Assembly: GCF_009914755.1 (NCBI RefSeq)
Contig: NC_060926.1
DNA from: the human T2T-CHM13v2.0 reference genome, Homo sapiens
Strand: one strand, 5' to 3'
DNA: 64,000 nt
Position 1 is the first letter of the stretch. Each line of letters opens with the position of its first letter. The notes beneath the pieces were generated by a model that searched no databases, was not told the DNA's origin, and worked only from the letters and a program-made list of their open reading frames with translations. Both the position numbers and the translations under genes were made by a program. Positions 1 through 12,846 of this stretch are shown piece by piece.

Positions 1-904
1 TAGGAGATAAAACTCATTTGCCAGCCGATTTTGAATGGAAGTCCAAGGTTGCTTTCCCATGTTTTATACCATCACTTGGTAATAACTAAGTTGTCGTCCC
101 ACTGAGACTTTTCCCACTTAAAACTTGCCAATCAATTTCTTAGAAACCTACACATATAAAAGCCTAGCAGAAAGTGGCTGAAGAAGCCACACAACCTGGG
201 TTCACCAAGATCTAAAATTGATAATGACAAAGGAATCCTTGTAGTTCAGTCCATCACAGTAGGAGACCACAGAGAGGGGTGAAACTCAAATCTTACTGTG
301 ATGTCTTATGCAGCCTTCTGGTGTCCTGGTTCCTCAGATTTTAAAGAAATAGCTAATCCATAGAAACTGCCATCCAGAGTAAGATTATAAAGCTCATCCA
401 ATTCCACATTCTCCCTGCCATACCATGAATGAGTTGTGGGAAGTTATGGCTGGGAGTGAAAGCAGAATATGACACGATTCTCAAAAACTTAAGGATGTTT
501 TCTGTTCAGGCCTCACTGCCATTCACATCCTGCTATGTAGCTATTTTTCATAGCTTTATGTAAACTTTTCGTGAGACCAGTTATTGTTTCTCTCTGCACT
601 GTACCTTATGTTAGGATCTTCTGTAAGCTAAAGAATTCTCCAAGGCAAGGGTAGTTATATAGAAAGATTAAATAGAATTTCATTTCATGTGGGGGTTCCT
701 GAGTTTAGAAAGTATGAAGGGTTCTTTTCTAAGATTTATGTCTTATTCCAACAATTTCTTTCATTAATGAGCTCTTTCTTTTAGATGGCTTTCAAGCAAA
801 TTCACTGGTGGTCATGGAATTGAGGAAAGAATGCAAGATAGGTTTTTTATTATGCTCTCTAAACTTTTGGAGAGTAAAGAGAATCAGTATCCATGTATTA
901 CATC

Positions 905-1005
905 AACAAGAAGCTTGGCTCAGAACTCTCACCCAAGGCCACCATGTGGGTCAGCGGGTATATGGCTTTATTCCCTAGGAAGGGAACTCTTACCTACTAT
1001 TTGAA
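905..1005 (+). repeat. Inverted repeat, left arm (101 bp)
   Basis: aacaagaagcttggctc...cctactatttgaa is the reverse complement of 1963-2063 with 2 mismatches (hand alignment). Confidence 0.97.
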
Positions 1006-1088
1006 CCTTTGAATACCCAACTGACTGCTGCACTATATATATATATGGTTTTCATTAACAAATACTTAATGACTAGTTGATTGAAAGA
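975..1088 (+). mobile_element. Possible degenerate L2 LINE 3' end
   Basis: Loose resemblance to the L2 tail (agggaact...ctttgaatacc...aacaaatactt...tgattgaa). Weak. Confidence 0.35.
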
Positions 1089-1962
1089 AACAGTGGAGAA
1101 ACAGGAAAAGTGGAGGAGGCATTTAGTAGATTTTCCTGTAAGAGCAGAAAATCATAGAGACGGGAAAGGGAGAAAGGGAAATGGTGTTGTTTATGGTACA
1201 CTCTGAGTGGCTCTACATTACAGGACCTTATAGGGACCTCTGATAAGACCCTGAGAAAAAAGACTGATATAGTTAGTAAAGAGAGAAATGATCTTTATTC
1301 ACACAAATTAGGCTGGAATAGGTAGAAAGAGCCTTTAAATTATGAATTTTGCAGCAACAAAACTTACTGAGGCAGTTTCTTAAAGCCCCAGAGAAATTAT
1401 TTTGGTTTTCATCTTCAGGTCGACATTGGCTTTGAATAGCAGCCTTAGAGAGTTTGAAGTTTCTTCTCTGTACTTCCATTCCTCCCTCTAGCCATCCAGT
1501 GTTGAAAACCTTTTCATTTCAGAGACCAATTGAGTATGTTTGCCAGAGAGAAAGTTTTTCACTAGACTCACTTCTCCCTTTTCTTTCTGACGCAGAAAGT
1601 TGGAGTCAGACCTCTGGCCAATAGAAGGGCACTGACGAATCCCTACACAGCCCGGCACATAAAATATTTATACTCAGAGAAAGCTACACTAAGTAGTCAG
1701 CAGAGTATTTTGCAGCATAGAAGCCAAACACCTCTCTAAAAGAGTAGATTGTGTTCGCAAAAGCTCCTGTCGATAGAATGAAATGTAAACTGTGATTTCC
1801 ATAGTGGAGGATTGCTTGATGTTCTTTTGACTGGTTCATGCCATAGGCTTCTAAAATCAGAGTCTGCTTGATTGAAGAAAGGACAGATTTTGTTTGTTAT
1901 TTGTTTACTTACTTATTTTTGCTATTATCAAAGACATCAATTTCTGGATGGGAAGGGTAGAT

Positions 1963-2063
1963 TTCAAATAGTAGGTGAGAGTTCCCTTCCTAGGGAATAA
2001 AGCCATATACCCGCTGACCCACATGGTGGCCTTGGGTGAGAGTTTTGAGCCAAGCTTCTTGTT
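1963..2063 (-). repeat. Inverted repeat, right arm (101 bp)
   Basis: ttcaaatagtagg...caagcttcttgtt, reverse complement of 905-1005. Confidence 0.97.
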
Positions 2064-3696
2064 TCACTGCCTTGACATTATTTGGAATTGTGGAAAGAGG
2101 AGCCGAGCTTTGATGTTGGAGACACTCAAAGGAAAGCAAAGGACAAGGAGAAAAGCACAGTGAGTGTAGCACCACTGACCCTAGACAATGCTTGACTGGT
2201 CCTCTTGGCCCAGCCTCATATCCATGGCCTCTCCATCAGTAGCAAGAGGGCAGGAAGGGCTTTCCTTTTAGTTGAAAGCAGAGGGTGAGCTGAACAGGCG
2301 GTTCAGAGGGTCATTAGAAAGCATCAAAGGAGGCAGCCTCATGATGGTAATAAGACAGCTGTGAGGAAATAAAGTGGGCATTGATCTGCACTATCGAGTG
2401 TGACATTTTAACCGAAGCTAAAAGCCAAGAGCAAATCTAGCCCTCTTATTCATCTGCCTGCCTGTTTTAGTAAATTGTCTCCCCCCTCCCACAAAACCAC
2501 TGGCCTCAGAGGTCACTTCATATTAGCTGGCTTGTTAATACTGAGGCAATCAATACTTAATCAACAAGTAATGGGATTTTGCAGTCATCCTGTATGATCT
2601 TTCAATAAAGCCCCGAATCCATCTCGGCCCATTCCAAGCCTGACGAAAGGTGTGCGGTTGCAGCAGACCCTGGATTTGATGGTCTGATGCTCTTCAGCTG
2701 ATCTGCATCTTATTAAGACACCAGGCAGCCACTGTCCTTCACCCCTTTGTTTCCTGATCCCCACAGAGCACAGCGTGGCATAGAATCCAAACATCTAAGA
2801 TTTTACATGCATCAGTAAGAAAATTCAGATTTCTTTGCTTCATAGGTTTCAGGCCTCATTGGTAGCATTGTACAATTTTTACAAAATGCATAAATAAAGG
2901 ACTGAAGAAGGAGGAGATGCAGCAAGCCAGGAAATTTAAAAAGGGAAGATGGCTATTTTAATATATGATATTAGGCCAGGGAGCTGAAATCCCCGCATGT
3001 CCCAATTATTGAACACTGGGCTGCCCAAGCTGTTTGCTAAATGGACTCAATGAATGATGAAGGGGGAAGGATGCAGACCTCAGCACTGACTCTGACCATC
3101 CGGCTTCTGAGAGAGACCTCTGGGTACTGTCATAAAGAGTGGAATTGATTTTGTGATTCAGAACAAAATTTTCAGTATTCCTGTGGTACCTTGAATATGG
3201 GTGTTTTGTCCACCTATACTATTGCAATAGCCTTTAGTAGATGTTTAAAGGGGTTCCACAGTAAGAGAGGGGAGGCTTTCCAGGGGAAGACCTTGCTATC
3301 ATCCTTACATGATCCCCCAAAGCAGATTTTCTTTAGTGAATTAACCTTTTGCCCTTGTCTGACTTTTCAGGCACCAAAAGTGGATCTTGACAGTGTCTGA
3401 CTCAATGGTGCAAGTGATGAATAAAAATAGAATGCTAATGTATTAATATAACTTTAAAGCAGATAAGCTATCAGGTGCTTGGGCAGACCAAAGTCCCACC
3501 AGCACAGCCTTTCCTATCAGAAAAGAAGCTGCATTATTAGATATTGACTGGCAATCACGGAACTTGATAAAGGGGAATTAAAAGATAATATGAACATTTA
3601 ATGGCCACAGGATCTAGCACCGTGGTGCATGCAACTCCACAATAGGCTGTGCTTGCTGTTCTGCATTTACAATTATACTGTGTTTATTATTACCCC

Positions 3697-4038
3697 TATA
3701 TATTATATATATATTTAATATATATATAATATATTATATATATCATATTATATAATATATTATATAATATGATATATATAATATATTATATAATATGATA
3801 TATATAATATATATATTATATAATATATCATATATATATTATATATAATATAATATAATATAATATAATATATATATCTAATATAATATATTATATATAT
3901 AATGTAATATATATGTATAATATATTATATATATAATATAATATATATGTATAATATATATAATATATAATATAATATATTATATATTATATAATATATA
4001 TTATATATTATATAATATATAATATATATTATTATATA
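3697..4038. repeat. AT-rich (TA)n-derived low-complexity tract
   Basis: About 340 bp of nearly pure A/T with interrupted TATA/TATAA units. Confidence 0.97.
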
Positions 4039-4049
4039 CCCCCTGATAT

Positions 4050-4232
4050 ATGCATTATTTCATAGCAACCTAAAAAAAAGCAAATATTATCAGCATCTTC
4101 ATTGTACATGTAGATAGACTGAGATTTTGGAAGTGGTTGAATTGCTTGCCGAAAATCATGTAGCTAACATTATAGGAGAGCAGAGATCTGAATCCATACA
4201 CACTGACCTCAGAGCTGTGTTATAACCACTGA
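4050..4232 (-). mobile_element. MIR SINE
   Basis: Antisense MIR core-like sequence: ...gactgagattttggaagtggttgaattgcttgccgaaaatc...tgacctcagagctg. Confidence 0.7.
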
Positions 4233-4239
4233 GCCGTAT

Positions 4240-4438
4240 TCTGGCTCTGCCATTTACTAGCTGTACAACATTGAACATGGCCCTTAAAATTTTTCAGCCT
4301 CAGTTCCCTAATCAATAGAGTGGGAATACTCATGCCTATGATTGCCATTGACTTGAGGGTTTAATGAGTTATACAATTTAGGCCCTTAGTATAGAGTTTG
4401 GCTTATAGTCAAACTCACTAAACATCAGTTACTATTAT
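4240..4438 (+). mobile_element. MIR SINE
   Basis: ctggctctgccatttactagctgt...cagcctcagttccctaatc, the MIR core. Confidence 0.8.
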
Positions 4439-4671
4439 GGTGTCACTGTAGCATCATCATATTCACATCAGCTTGTTATATCATCTTTTCTCTTCCATTC
4501 TGCTTGGATGAGATCCGCCAACATTTCCCTCAGGAACACTTCTTTGTCTAGGGTGAAGGATGATCTACTATTCCCCTAAATTGTGCAGCCTTCCTTTAGC
4601 TATGTTTGTAACCTCAGTCATATAATACCTTCTGGGAGTCATAGTAGCTATTCTATATCTCTTTTTTGTTA

Positions 4672-5123
4672 ATAGATATATGAGGGGATTTGTTATGGGA
4701 ATTGGGCCACATAATTATGGATGCTGAGAAGTCCACAAAATGCCATTGGCACCCTGGAGACCCAAGAAATCTGGTGGTGTAATTCAGTCTGCGTCTAAAG
4801 ACCTGAGAATTTGGAGGGTCACCGGTGTGAGACTCCAAGTCCAAAGGGCTGAGAACCTGGAGTTATGATGTCTAAGGGTAGGAGAAGTTGGATGCCACAG
4901 TTCCAGAAGAGAAAGAAAACAAATTTGCCCTTCCTTCATCTTTTATTCTATTCAGGCCTTCAAGGGATTGGATGATGCCCACTCATGTTGATGAGGATGA
5001 TCTTCTTTCCTCAGTCTACTGATTCAAATGCTAATCTCTTCCCCAAACACCCTTAGAGGCACATTCAGAAATAATGTTTACCAGCTCTCTGGGCATCCCT
5101 TAGCCCACTCAAATTGGCGTCAC
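4672..5123 (-). mobile_element. MLT2-family (ERVL) LTR, probably MLT2B-like
   Basis: Matches recalled antisense MLT2 motifs: gctgagaagtcc, ctcagtctactgattcaaatgctaatctc, tctgggcatcccttagccca. Confidence 0.8.
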
Positions 5124-5845
5124 AACCAGCTTTTGGCTTTGTTGATTTTCTCTATTAATTTCCTGTCTTCAATTTCATTGATTTCTGCTCTGATTTTCAT
5201 TATTTATTTTATTCTGTGTACTGTGGGTTTCTTTGGCTTAATCTGGATTCATGTTTCTTATTCCTGGTCTAATACTTCCAACACTCCTGCCGTATTTCAC
5301 TCTAGTTATGATGCTTGTTTGATCTCCTCAAACTGTTTGAACTGCCTTTTAGTATGCCTTGTAATTGTTTCGCTGAAAAGCGGACCTGACCTACTAGATA
5401 AGAGGAACTGTGGCAAATAGGCATCTAGTAATGTAATGGTAAGGTGCAGGGGAGGGGAAGTGTGCTTTAGTTGGGTCTCAGCCTTTTGGTAAGCCTGTGC
5501 ACCTGGACTGTGAACTGTACCAGTTCTTCTTAGTATTTTTTCCAGGTAAAGTGGGACAGGAGAACTAGCAGGAGGTTGATTTGGGAATTTCCTTTCCCCC
5601 AGGTCATTCAGGCTCTGATGGAAACTCCAGCACACTGGCTCTGGTAACAGTTTCTCCTGAGGGCAAGCCTTATTAAGAAGAATAGGATGCTTTGGAGTAT
5701 TTCACAACGGTTCCTTTTCTCCTCCCACTGCCAGAAACACTAGAAAATGTTTCTCAAATAACCACTGTAAGGACCTGGTAGAGCTCCTAGAGTCAAACTC
5801 ATAAAAGTGTAGAGGCTCCCCTATGACTGGAATCCCTTGAGGTAT
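5124..5845 (-). mobile_element. Old L1M fragment (left part)
   Basis: aaccagcttttggctttgttgattttctct...ttcattgatttctgctct is typical antisense L1, followed by an L1M 5'-region-like sequence. Confidence 0.65.
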
Positions 5846-5859
5846 TTTTTTAGTATCTA

Positions 5860-6855
5860 TTTTTTTTTTCAGATGACTTAAAAAAATTGTGTAAGAACAC
5901 TTCAGATCAACCATCTTCATAAATTTGTTACAATAGGTCAAGCGTGAGCAGGACAGGAGAGGGCTCCCCCTACCCCACCAGGAATGTCAGGCGACCATCA
6001 GGTGATGGTCAGGCAGTTGTCACACTGCCTCTCTAAAATAATAATTAGTCACAATCAGTGCCAGGGAAAGGCAGTTTCCTAGTAGATAAAAACACCTATA
6101 ACTGGTGATTGGCAGCTTCCCAATAGGATGTCAGGAGTTAGGCGAGTGGGTTCAAGCATGTGCATTAAGAGGCAAAATGGTAGAGTTTAACTGGTATATG
6201 ACCTTCCTGGGGCATTCGACCAGAAAAGGGAAGAATCCTTCAAGTGAGCATGTGACAACTCCAGTGGTCGTGCATGCGGGCAGCCCACCCTAAGGGGAAG
6301 AATCAAGGGAAATGTAAAGAATCAAGTGAAATAGGAGGCAGGACGCTGGAAGTATGCCAGCATATAAAACCCGAAGTCAAAAGGTCAAACCATGCACTTG
6401 TCCTCCAAGATGTCCGCTTGGTCATCTTCCAAATGTACTTTCCTTCCTCTTGTACCTGCTCTAAAGCTTTTGAATAAACTTCCATTCCTGCTCTAACACT
6501 TGCCTGGGTCTCTTCTTCTACCTTATGCCCCTCAGCTGAATTCTTTCTTCTGAGGAGGCAAGAATTCAGGTTGCTGCAGACCCGACCGGATTTACCGCTG
6601 GTAGCTCAGATAACTTCTGCTGCTGGTAACAAATTTGTAAGTGCATGATGTGTTGTTTTTAACTCTAGGCACGATATTGTACTATAGAGACCTAGAACTT
6701 ACTCATCTTGCATAATTGAAACTTTAAACCTGTTGAACAGCAACTTCCTATTTCCTCCTCCCTGCCAACCCCTGGCAATCAATATTTTACTCTTTGTTTC
6801 TATGAGTTTGATCTTTTAGATAATTCACATAAGTAGAATCATGCAGTATTTGTTG
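5860..6855 (-). mobile_element. L1MA-type 3' end fragment, split by an LTR
   Basis: aagaacactt...aaattt|gtaagtg...ctagaacttactcatcttgcataattgaaacttta. The same motif occurs in the L1MA at 45.3-46.2 kb. Confidence 0.75.
5926..6631 (+). mobile_element. Solo ERV1 LTR, MER50-like
   Basis: TGTTA...TAACA termini, 4-bp TSD aatt (5922-5925 / 6632-6635), TATA-like catataaaa and an AATAAA near 6473. Contains caccaggaatgtcaggcgaccatcaggtgatggtcagg. Confidence 0.85.
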
Positions 6856-6857
6856 CC

Positions 6858-7165
6858 TTGGAGCTTTTAAACTCTCAGAGTTGTCTACCATGAGCCTCCA
6901 GTGATCTGTCCATTACTGTTCATGTTTTGCTGCTCTGGCACTGTTTCCTGTGGTGGTTTCTGCTTATGGGTTTCTGCTCTGTGAAGTGGTGATTCTCTGC
7001 ATCTATTTCAGGTTCTGCAAATTTGGGTGCAGCACTTTTCCCTGGGACCTCATTTCTCTGATGGATTTAAGAACAGTTCATGATTTATCAATTTGTTCAG
7101 CTTTTTAAATTGTTGTTAGGATGGATGGTAACTTTTAAGGTCCTTACATGACAGACTGGAAGTCC
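6858..7165 (-). mobile_element. Old L1M fragment (right part, continues 5124-5845)
   Basis: Antisense L1M 5'-region-like text ending ...ccttacatgacagactggaagtc. Confidence 0.55.
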
Positions 7166-8599
7166 AATAACAATCACTTTTAGTTGTATGGTTTTACTGA
7201 GTATGAGCCTATCAACCAGCTTGTTCATTCCCTTATTTTACAGATGAGGAAATTTAACTCGCACAAAATCATACATACATTAGAAGTAGAGTCCAAACTA
7301 TAACCCATATCTCCTGGATGTAGGGCAATGATTTTCTAGGCTAACTGGGCCTGGTAGCCATGGAAGGAGAAATACATATATTCATAATTTATCACTCAAG
7401 TTTGAGCATTCGTATTCCAGTTAAACTTCCCTCTGCACTGAATTGGAAATATGAAGAAAGTGAACACAGAAGATGAGGTTGGACAACTCGTGTTACCTGC
7501 GAGAGTCACCTATTGAGATAAAAACGTAACACGTAAGACTTAAAAAATTGATTTTCCTTTTTTTCCCCATTTTTGCAAAGGCAAGAAGACAACTTGGAAA
7601 TTATTTCCCTTTCACTCATTTAGTTAATAAGCCTTTCTTTTTCTTGCATGTTGACTCTTTTTTTGTGCTGCCATGCTCACAGAGCGTCAGTACAGAAGAA
7701 AATCTGTCTTTATTTAGTGTTCCAAGTGTTCTAGCATGTACATAGCCATTCAGATTGATGCAAGTAATTCCAGCAAACTTCAAGAAGTTAAATGTCAGGA
7801 AGTAGGTAAGGCATATGCCTACACAGAAAGACTACTCAAAAGGGAGCCATGGCAATAAACTACACACCCTAGAGCTTAGCTCAGAGACCTGCTGACTATT
7901 CAGGGTCTTTCTTCTTAGCACCAATATCAACAACATTCTTTTTCTCTTCCACATGACTCCCCAGTGCTGTGATGCCCCTCCTCACTCTCTGATTACTCTC
8001 CAGGCTGCCTGTCCTCTAATTTGCCTTTTAGTAAACTGGCTCTTCTTATAGATTTCAACATGCCTCTCACTTCTTGATGCTGACCTCAAAGAAATTCCAA
8101 TACTTGACATGTGTGCCCCAAGGGGCTGATGATCTCAGAGTCATCTGTCTTCTGGAACCTCCCAGTACTTTCTAAGCAGTGAACCAGATGCCAGTGACTA
8201 CTGTAGTTCTCCCATAAAAAAATAAGGCTTATCTCCCATTCTGCCTGGCAAAACAAACAAACAAAAAAACCCAGTTATCCAAGTAAATAATCCCCACCTC
8301 TTCCTTTCTCTGAGCAGAGCTCATGAATACTAATAAGCAGGCTCATCCAGTCACCAATTTCAAAAGGTTACTGAAGAGAAATAGAAGGAAGTCCAAAGAT
8401 ACTTGGGCTTCAGGGAAAGGATATCTCAAAAAATGACCTGTGAACACATTTAGCTTGATTTTTCAGGGCTCTAGTCTACAGGGCAGCACTGAATTTTCTG
8501 GGTTTTCAACAACTTGCAAGAGAAATGGTTCTTCAGTTTTCCAGAGATACCAATTCGAATGTCAAGAAAAATGCAAAGGACTTAAAGTGATTTGCAGGA

Positions 8600-9118
8600 A
8601 AGGAAGCAGTATCTATGTGCTGAATATTTTCCATTCCACCCCCAGTCCTGCCCAGACCTACTCTCTACTCCTCTCTATCCTGCTCTGGGCAGAGGAAGCC
8701 GATTGATATGTGAACTACTTCAATGGAATCCTACCCTTTCTGGCTTGTAGTTGGCTTTGGCTAGTGGGAGGATCTGCAGCAGATCTGACAGCAATTCAAG
8801 AGTGGGGTGGATATTTTATTCCTTCAGCTCCCTCCCTGTGGGTCACTTAGGGTTGACTGGGCTTTTCTGCTGAAGACCACAGCTCCTGTTGGACAGCTCT
8901 CTCTCTGAGCTGTGGCCAGCCTCTCTTGGTTCTATAACCACCCGCTTTCTTTGCCCATTCAGGTTTAGGAGTGGTGATAGCTCCCAACTATTGCTAGCCC
9001 CAAAGTACTACACAAAGCCTTGGGTTTCCCACATTCCTGCCCTTTGGATTGTCCCTCATTTCAAGCTTTTAAACATTCTTCTATTTGAGCATGCTGTCAG
9101 TGACCCTAACTGATACCA
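8600..9118 (+). mobile_element. LTR33-like ERVL LTR
   Basis: ccacagctcctg, cccattcaggtttaggagtggtgatagctccc...ttgctagcccc, and end gaccctaactgatac match the recalled LTR33. Confidence 0.7.
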
Positions 9119-11264
9119 TGAATAATAATAAAACATTGAGTAAGAGAAAGTGCCTAAAGACTCTTAATATCTAAATAAAATTTAAATTTTAGAGGGCTTC
9201 TTGAAAGAAAGAAAATGTGATACTCTATTGTAGATTACCTTCTAACTTGACAGAACCCTCTGAAGTGAGCTATGAATTGAATATATGTTTATATTTTGGA
9301 AGACGATGGTGGTAAACTTAGAAATTAGGATGAGTATCACATGTGAAAATAAATGATGCTGTGAATGGCATACTTCTCTAGTGATTATGATAAAGCCCCA
9401 ACTCTTAATTTGGATAAATTGCTAACAACCCAACTTAGCGCACCCATTTGCGGTAATCATTATTTTGCTGACTTGGCTCTATGTCTGGCTTGCATTTCAA
9501 TAGTGAATGCAAAGCCTATAAGCATTTAAGGGCTTTCTTGCTAAACATCTTCCTATTCACAGGGAGCCCACACCCAGAATCAGAATGTCCCTATGCCTGG
9601 GCTATATTTCTAGTAGAACATTAAGGACTTTTGAAGTATGCTTTAACTATTAAATGCTGTCAAATATCTTTTGAATCTGTCACTGAAGCTGGTTATAAAA
9701 TTCAAAAGCATTTATTTCAAAACTGAAACTATTAACCAACTGCCTATTGACACATTGAACCATATTCAGATAGAATCCATAACCCCAGCATAAACTCACT
9801 CCTTGCTTTGTCACCAGGTGCACGAGGCAAGGATGAGAAAGGGTATGTGCATCAAATGAGTCTAGTCGTACCACTATCTGAATGTCTGTCTGAGGATCAG
9901 CCAAATTAGCAAGCTGAAATATTAGGACTGATTTTCCTCATTGGCCATTCTTGTGAGTTAGGAGATTCCCTCAATCAATTTAGAAAAGAGCCTTGGTTTG
10001 GGAGTTTTATTCCTAGCTGTTACTAGCCAGCTTGAATGTTTTTAAAAGGTTGCTTAATCTCTGTCAACTTTTGTTTTCTTATATATAAATGGAACATGTG
10101 CTAAAGTTATTTTCCACACTGAAGTGGCCTGGCCAGGTCCCTCCAAATGTTTGTGGGCTCCGTTTCTCCATAGTGGTGTTACTCCAGTATCTCTTGAATG
10201 GTGTCTGGAGTGTATCAGGGCATACATTTGCATGTCTGGATGTCTCAAGGTATTTAGGAGAAAGAGCATGCATTTTGAGCATAGATACTCAGTCCCCAAA
10301 ACACAGTGGTGCCCACCTCTGCTCTTCAGAAACCAAGCTCATCTGCTGGCTTAATATCAGCTTGACCCTCCAAGTTTGTGTCTACATTCCAGGCCAATTT
10401 TGATTTCATTTTCAGCTGAATTGTCTATTTTTTTGACATGATAGATTATAAAGCAAACTTGAAGGGACTCTAAAATTGTTCTGGGCAGTGTTTTAGCAGG
10501 GGCCTTGAACTTCAGTGGAAGAAGGCCAGTCATATATTCTGCATGTATTTCACCAAAGATGACAGTAGCTAATGCCTCTGAGCCCGCCTTCTAAAGACAC
10601 CTTTAACTGAGAAGAGCTCAGATGAAGGAAAGGGCAAGTTATGGGAAATGAATATCTGGCAAATCCAACGTGTTATAATTGTGTCCAAAACCAACCATGT
10701 TCTGACTAAATATTTCATGCTTTCCTCAATAGGATATCACCTAACCTCCAGCTGTTCTCTTCGACAGAGATAAATTCACCTTTATGGGGTGATGCATTAA
10801 CATGGGTTTAATACACTTTATGAAAAGTTTGTTTTCAATTGCTTGTATATTCTCCTCCTCCTTTTTTTCTCTCTCCTTTCCTCTCCTGTCTCCCTTTCTC
10901 TCCCTTCTCTTCACCATCCTATTCCATCCTACTCTTAATTGGAGATATAGATTTTACCCAAAAGTACCAGTCTGAATACATTTTATCCCCTTCCAGCCCC
11001 AGGATTCACACTCTCTACAGGTTGAAGGTGGCTGCAAATTGGTTCCCTAACTATGAGACCTTCTAGAACCAGATCATAAGCCTGGCTAGACGAAAGACAC
11101 TGTATTGCATGTCTGCACTGTTGGTATTCTTTTCTTTTGTAGAGTTCTTAGCTAATCTCTTTAGGTGAATAGACTTCATGGCTGCTGAATCTTTTTTGGT
11201 GGCTTGCTCCTTATTCACTCTTCTTAAACCTATTATGATTTTATTTTCCTTAAACTTTAGGTTG

Positions 11265-11975
11265 TCGGATACTAATATTGCTACCGCCTTCTTTTTGGCT
11301 AGTATTTACATTGCGTATCTTTTCCCTCTTTAAAATGATAACATGGATTTGTTTAGGAGCTCTCTTTCAAGTAATATGTACCTTTACCTATTTAATACAA
11401 TCTGAAAATCTCTGTATTTTAATGTAAGAGTTTATGTACTTACTGTGCATTTTCGCTTCATGTATTTGTGCTTAAATGCAATTTATTTATTGCATTTACT
11501 TTGCTCACTGACATATTTTGGATTATTCTTACCATTATACTTTGTGCTAGCTGTTTACCATCCTTTTTTTTCTTTACTTCTGTTTGATTGAAGAAATTCT
11601 TCGTATTTATCTCCAGTCTTCACTATATACTTTTCTCCTACGATGATTTGATATCTATGTATTGCATTTCAGTTTATTTAATGAGTGTCATTAATTTTGT
11701 AACCTACTTACATGACTATAATTTTTAAATATACTAACTCATTTTTTTCTATTTTTGTCCTAAGTACTAGAATAATTCTAGCACAATCTAGCGAGTCAAT
11801 AAACATCTTACTCTTCTTGATTTTGTAGTCTAGAATCATAATTTTACTTATATTAACCTAAAAATGGGGATTTTAAAAAATGATTGACATAAACTTAAAT
11901 TATTGATAACTTCAGTCAATTTCTGTGCTCTTCACAATTTAGTTTTTCTCCTAAAATTTTCTTACCGTATAATAT

Positions 11976-12040
<65 letters not shown>

Positions 12041-12350
12041 CAGAAGCATGTGTTAGTCATTCTTTTAATAAGGGCCTGTGTGGGAAAAAGCACTTTTAAT
12101 CTTTGTATGGATAATACTGTGATTACTTTGTCCCTATTTTTGAAAGAAAGTATAGCTAGGCATAAAAGTCTAGGGTTGAAAGTTAATTTACCTCAATTCA
12201 CTGAAGTTAAGAATCCACTATCTTCTGGCCTCTAGTGTTACTGATGGGACCTATTTACAAAAACAAACAACAACAGCAAAAACCTGTAATTTCCTGTCAG
12301 TAATATGTCTTATTTTTATGGGAGCTTTTAAGATTAGTTAATTATTTATT
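11265..12350 (-). mobile_element. Very old L1 (L1ME-like) fragments
   Basis: T-rich antisense L1 ORF2/ORF1-like remnants (gatactaatattgctacc...ttttggctagtattt; gctaggcataaaagtctagggttga). Confidence 0.55.
11976..12037. repeat. (TA)n(GA)n compound microsatellite
   Basis: Seen directly. Confidence 0.98.
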
Positions 12351-12846
12351 TACATTAAGAGATACATGTTGAAGTATGAAATTATAGCTCCATGTTTTAT
12401 GAACATGCTTTTATAAAAAGATAAGGTGAGTACCCAATGTTTCAAAATGTTGTGTCAAAAATGAACAAACTAAAAGAAAATAATTTAATGAGAGAAAAAT
12501 CTACTGTTATGTATATTTTATTGTACTATGTGGTAACATCTTTCCCAATTAATAAGTAATCACTTACATTACATTTTTAATGGTTTTATAGAAGAAACAC
12601 ATAGGCTTTAGCTAGAAGTAGTCGCTGAAATGTCAGGAAAATCACAAGCATCATTAAGTTTCATTGTCCTGATACTCTTAAATTTCTTAAGGATAAAAGA
12701 AAAGAGTAATGTTATATCCATTTAATATTTTGAGGAAATGAATGGGTAGAATAAGAGTAAATAATGAATGAGTGTATAAATAAATGAATGAGTAAGCCTA
12801 AACAAATGAATAACTGGTCATGTGAGCAAGAAAACAAGTCACTCTT

